From: Coriobacteriia bacterium
Lineage (GTDB): Bacteria; Actinomycetota; Coriobacteriia; WRKU01; WQUG01
Length of the DNA stretch: 54,581 nt
Direction of reading: 5' to 3'
Assembly: GCA_009781115.1 (NCBI GenBank)
Contig: WQYT01000002.1
Coordinates: 1 to 54,581, forward strand
Under the pieces are notes generated by a model, which had not been told where the DNA came from, did not search any database, and worked only from the letters and a program-made list of their open reading frames with translations. The translations under genes were made by a program, and so were the position numbers. The stretch's first letter is position 1, and each line of letters starts with the position of its first letter. This document shows, in pieces, positions 54,242-54,581 of the stretch.

Positions 54242-54292
54242 GTGCGTCAGTGTGCTTTGGGGTCTGACACGCTACGTGCTCAGGCCCTTTTT

Positions 54293-54581
54293 TTAGTGAT
54301 GGCGGCGCGGCCTGCGATCGTCTCCGCCTCCACGATCATCGCGGCGAGGACGATTGCGATCGAAGCCACCCCTGTTGCCATGGCCACCACGATCGTCACG
54401 ACCACCACCGTTCCAGCTGCCCTCGGGGGCATCCGGCTTGTTCAGGCGATCCAGCGACACCTTGCCGTTGTCATCGACTTCCAGGACGACCACGTCGACC
54501 TCATCGCCGACGTTCAGTACGTCCTCGACCTTGCCGATGCGGCCATTGGCCATCCGTGAGATGTGCAGCAGGCCATCCTTG
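54293..54581 (-). CDS. pnp: Polynucleotide phosphorylase, C-terminal S1 domain plus an Arg/Gly-rich tail; its 5' end lies beyond the window
   Basis: The frame reads ..[43 protein letters not shown] (the S1 domain). This is followed by [38 protein letters not shown]. Confidence 0.85.
   Translation of the reverse strand, partial: KDGLLHISRMANGRIGKVEDVLNVGDEVDVVVLEVDDNGKVSLDRLNKPDAPEGSWNGGGRDDRGGHGNRGGFDRNRPRRDDRGGGDDRRPRRHH

Overview
This is a 54.6-kb window from a high-GC Gram-positive genome. It is probably an actinobacterium of the Coriobacteriia type. That placement is an inference from two things. First, it shows actinobacterial synteny: nif3, Zn-ribbon, RNase H and rnpB together, and pnp / M16 peptidase / dapB / lysC / dapA / RNase J / ftsK / rimO / pgsA / cinA / recA / recX. 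Second, it carries Firmicute-like genes (trmFO, DUF512, plsY).

Nearly every gene is on the minus strand in tightly packed, often overlapping operons.

Core content, left to right:
- aldo/keto reductase (partial) and RNase P RNA
- fetAB-like iron exporter and dinB
- an RNase HI-QueD fusion, a COG1579 Zn-ribbon protein and Nif3
- nifS-iscU, ribE and rpe
- gpsA-plsY-der-DUF512-ispH-plsC-cmk
- xerC-trmFO
- a small low-GC two-gene cassette
- dprA-comM-yraN-rnhB-rplS
- recX-recA-cinA-pgsA-rimO-yajQ-rodZ-like-ftsK-uppP-rnj-dapA
- a DHFR-like gene, lysC-dapB and the M16 peptidase

Between the M16 peptidase and pnp, which are normally neighbours, lies an accessory insertion of about 14 kb. It carries feoAB plus the small Cys-rich partner gene, a RhuM/Doc-type Fic gene divergent from an AAA ATPase-wHTH gene, a DtxR/MntR-family regulator, and a five-gene pilus operon. 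The pilus operon has the Streptococcus pyogenes FCT organisation: tip adhesin, catalytically dead signal-peptidase-like SipA, backbone pilin, class B sortase, base pilin.

Three non-coding repeat families stand out:
1. Long-hairpin elements of about 165 bp built on GGCGCGCCGGGTCGTCGCGCCCTACAG. Every copy lies just 3' of an iron-related gene, and two copies bracket the feo-fic-ATPase segment.
2. A perfect 31-bp TGACAA...TTGTCA palindrome that is translated as the same C-terminal peptide in FetA and FeoB.
3. ATTGCTGGATTGCCGCG...CTCGCAATGAC repeats, whose translation gives RYAPRND.

I saw no CRISPR array, rRNA, tRNA, transposase or phage integrase.
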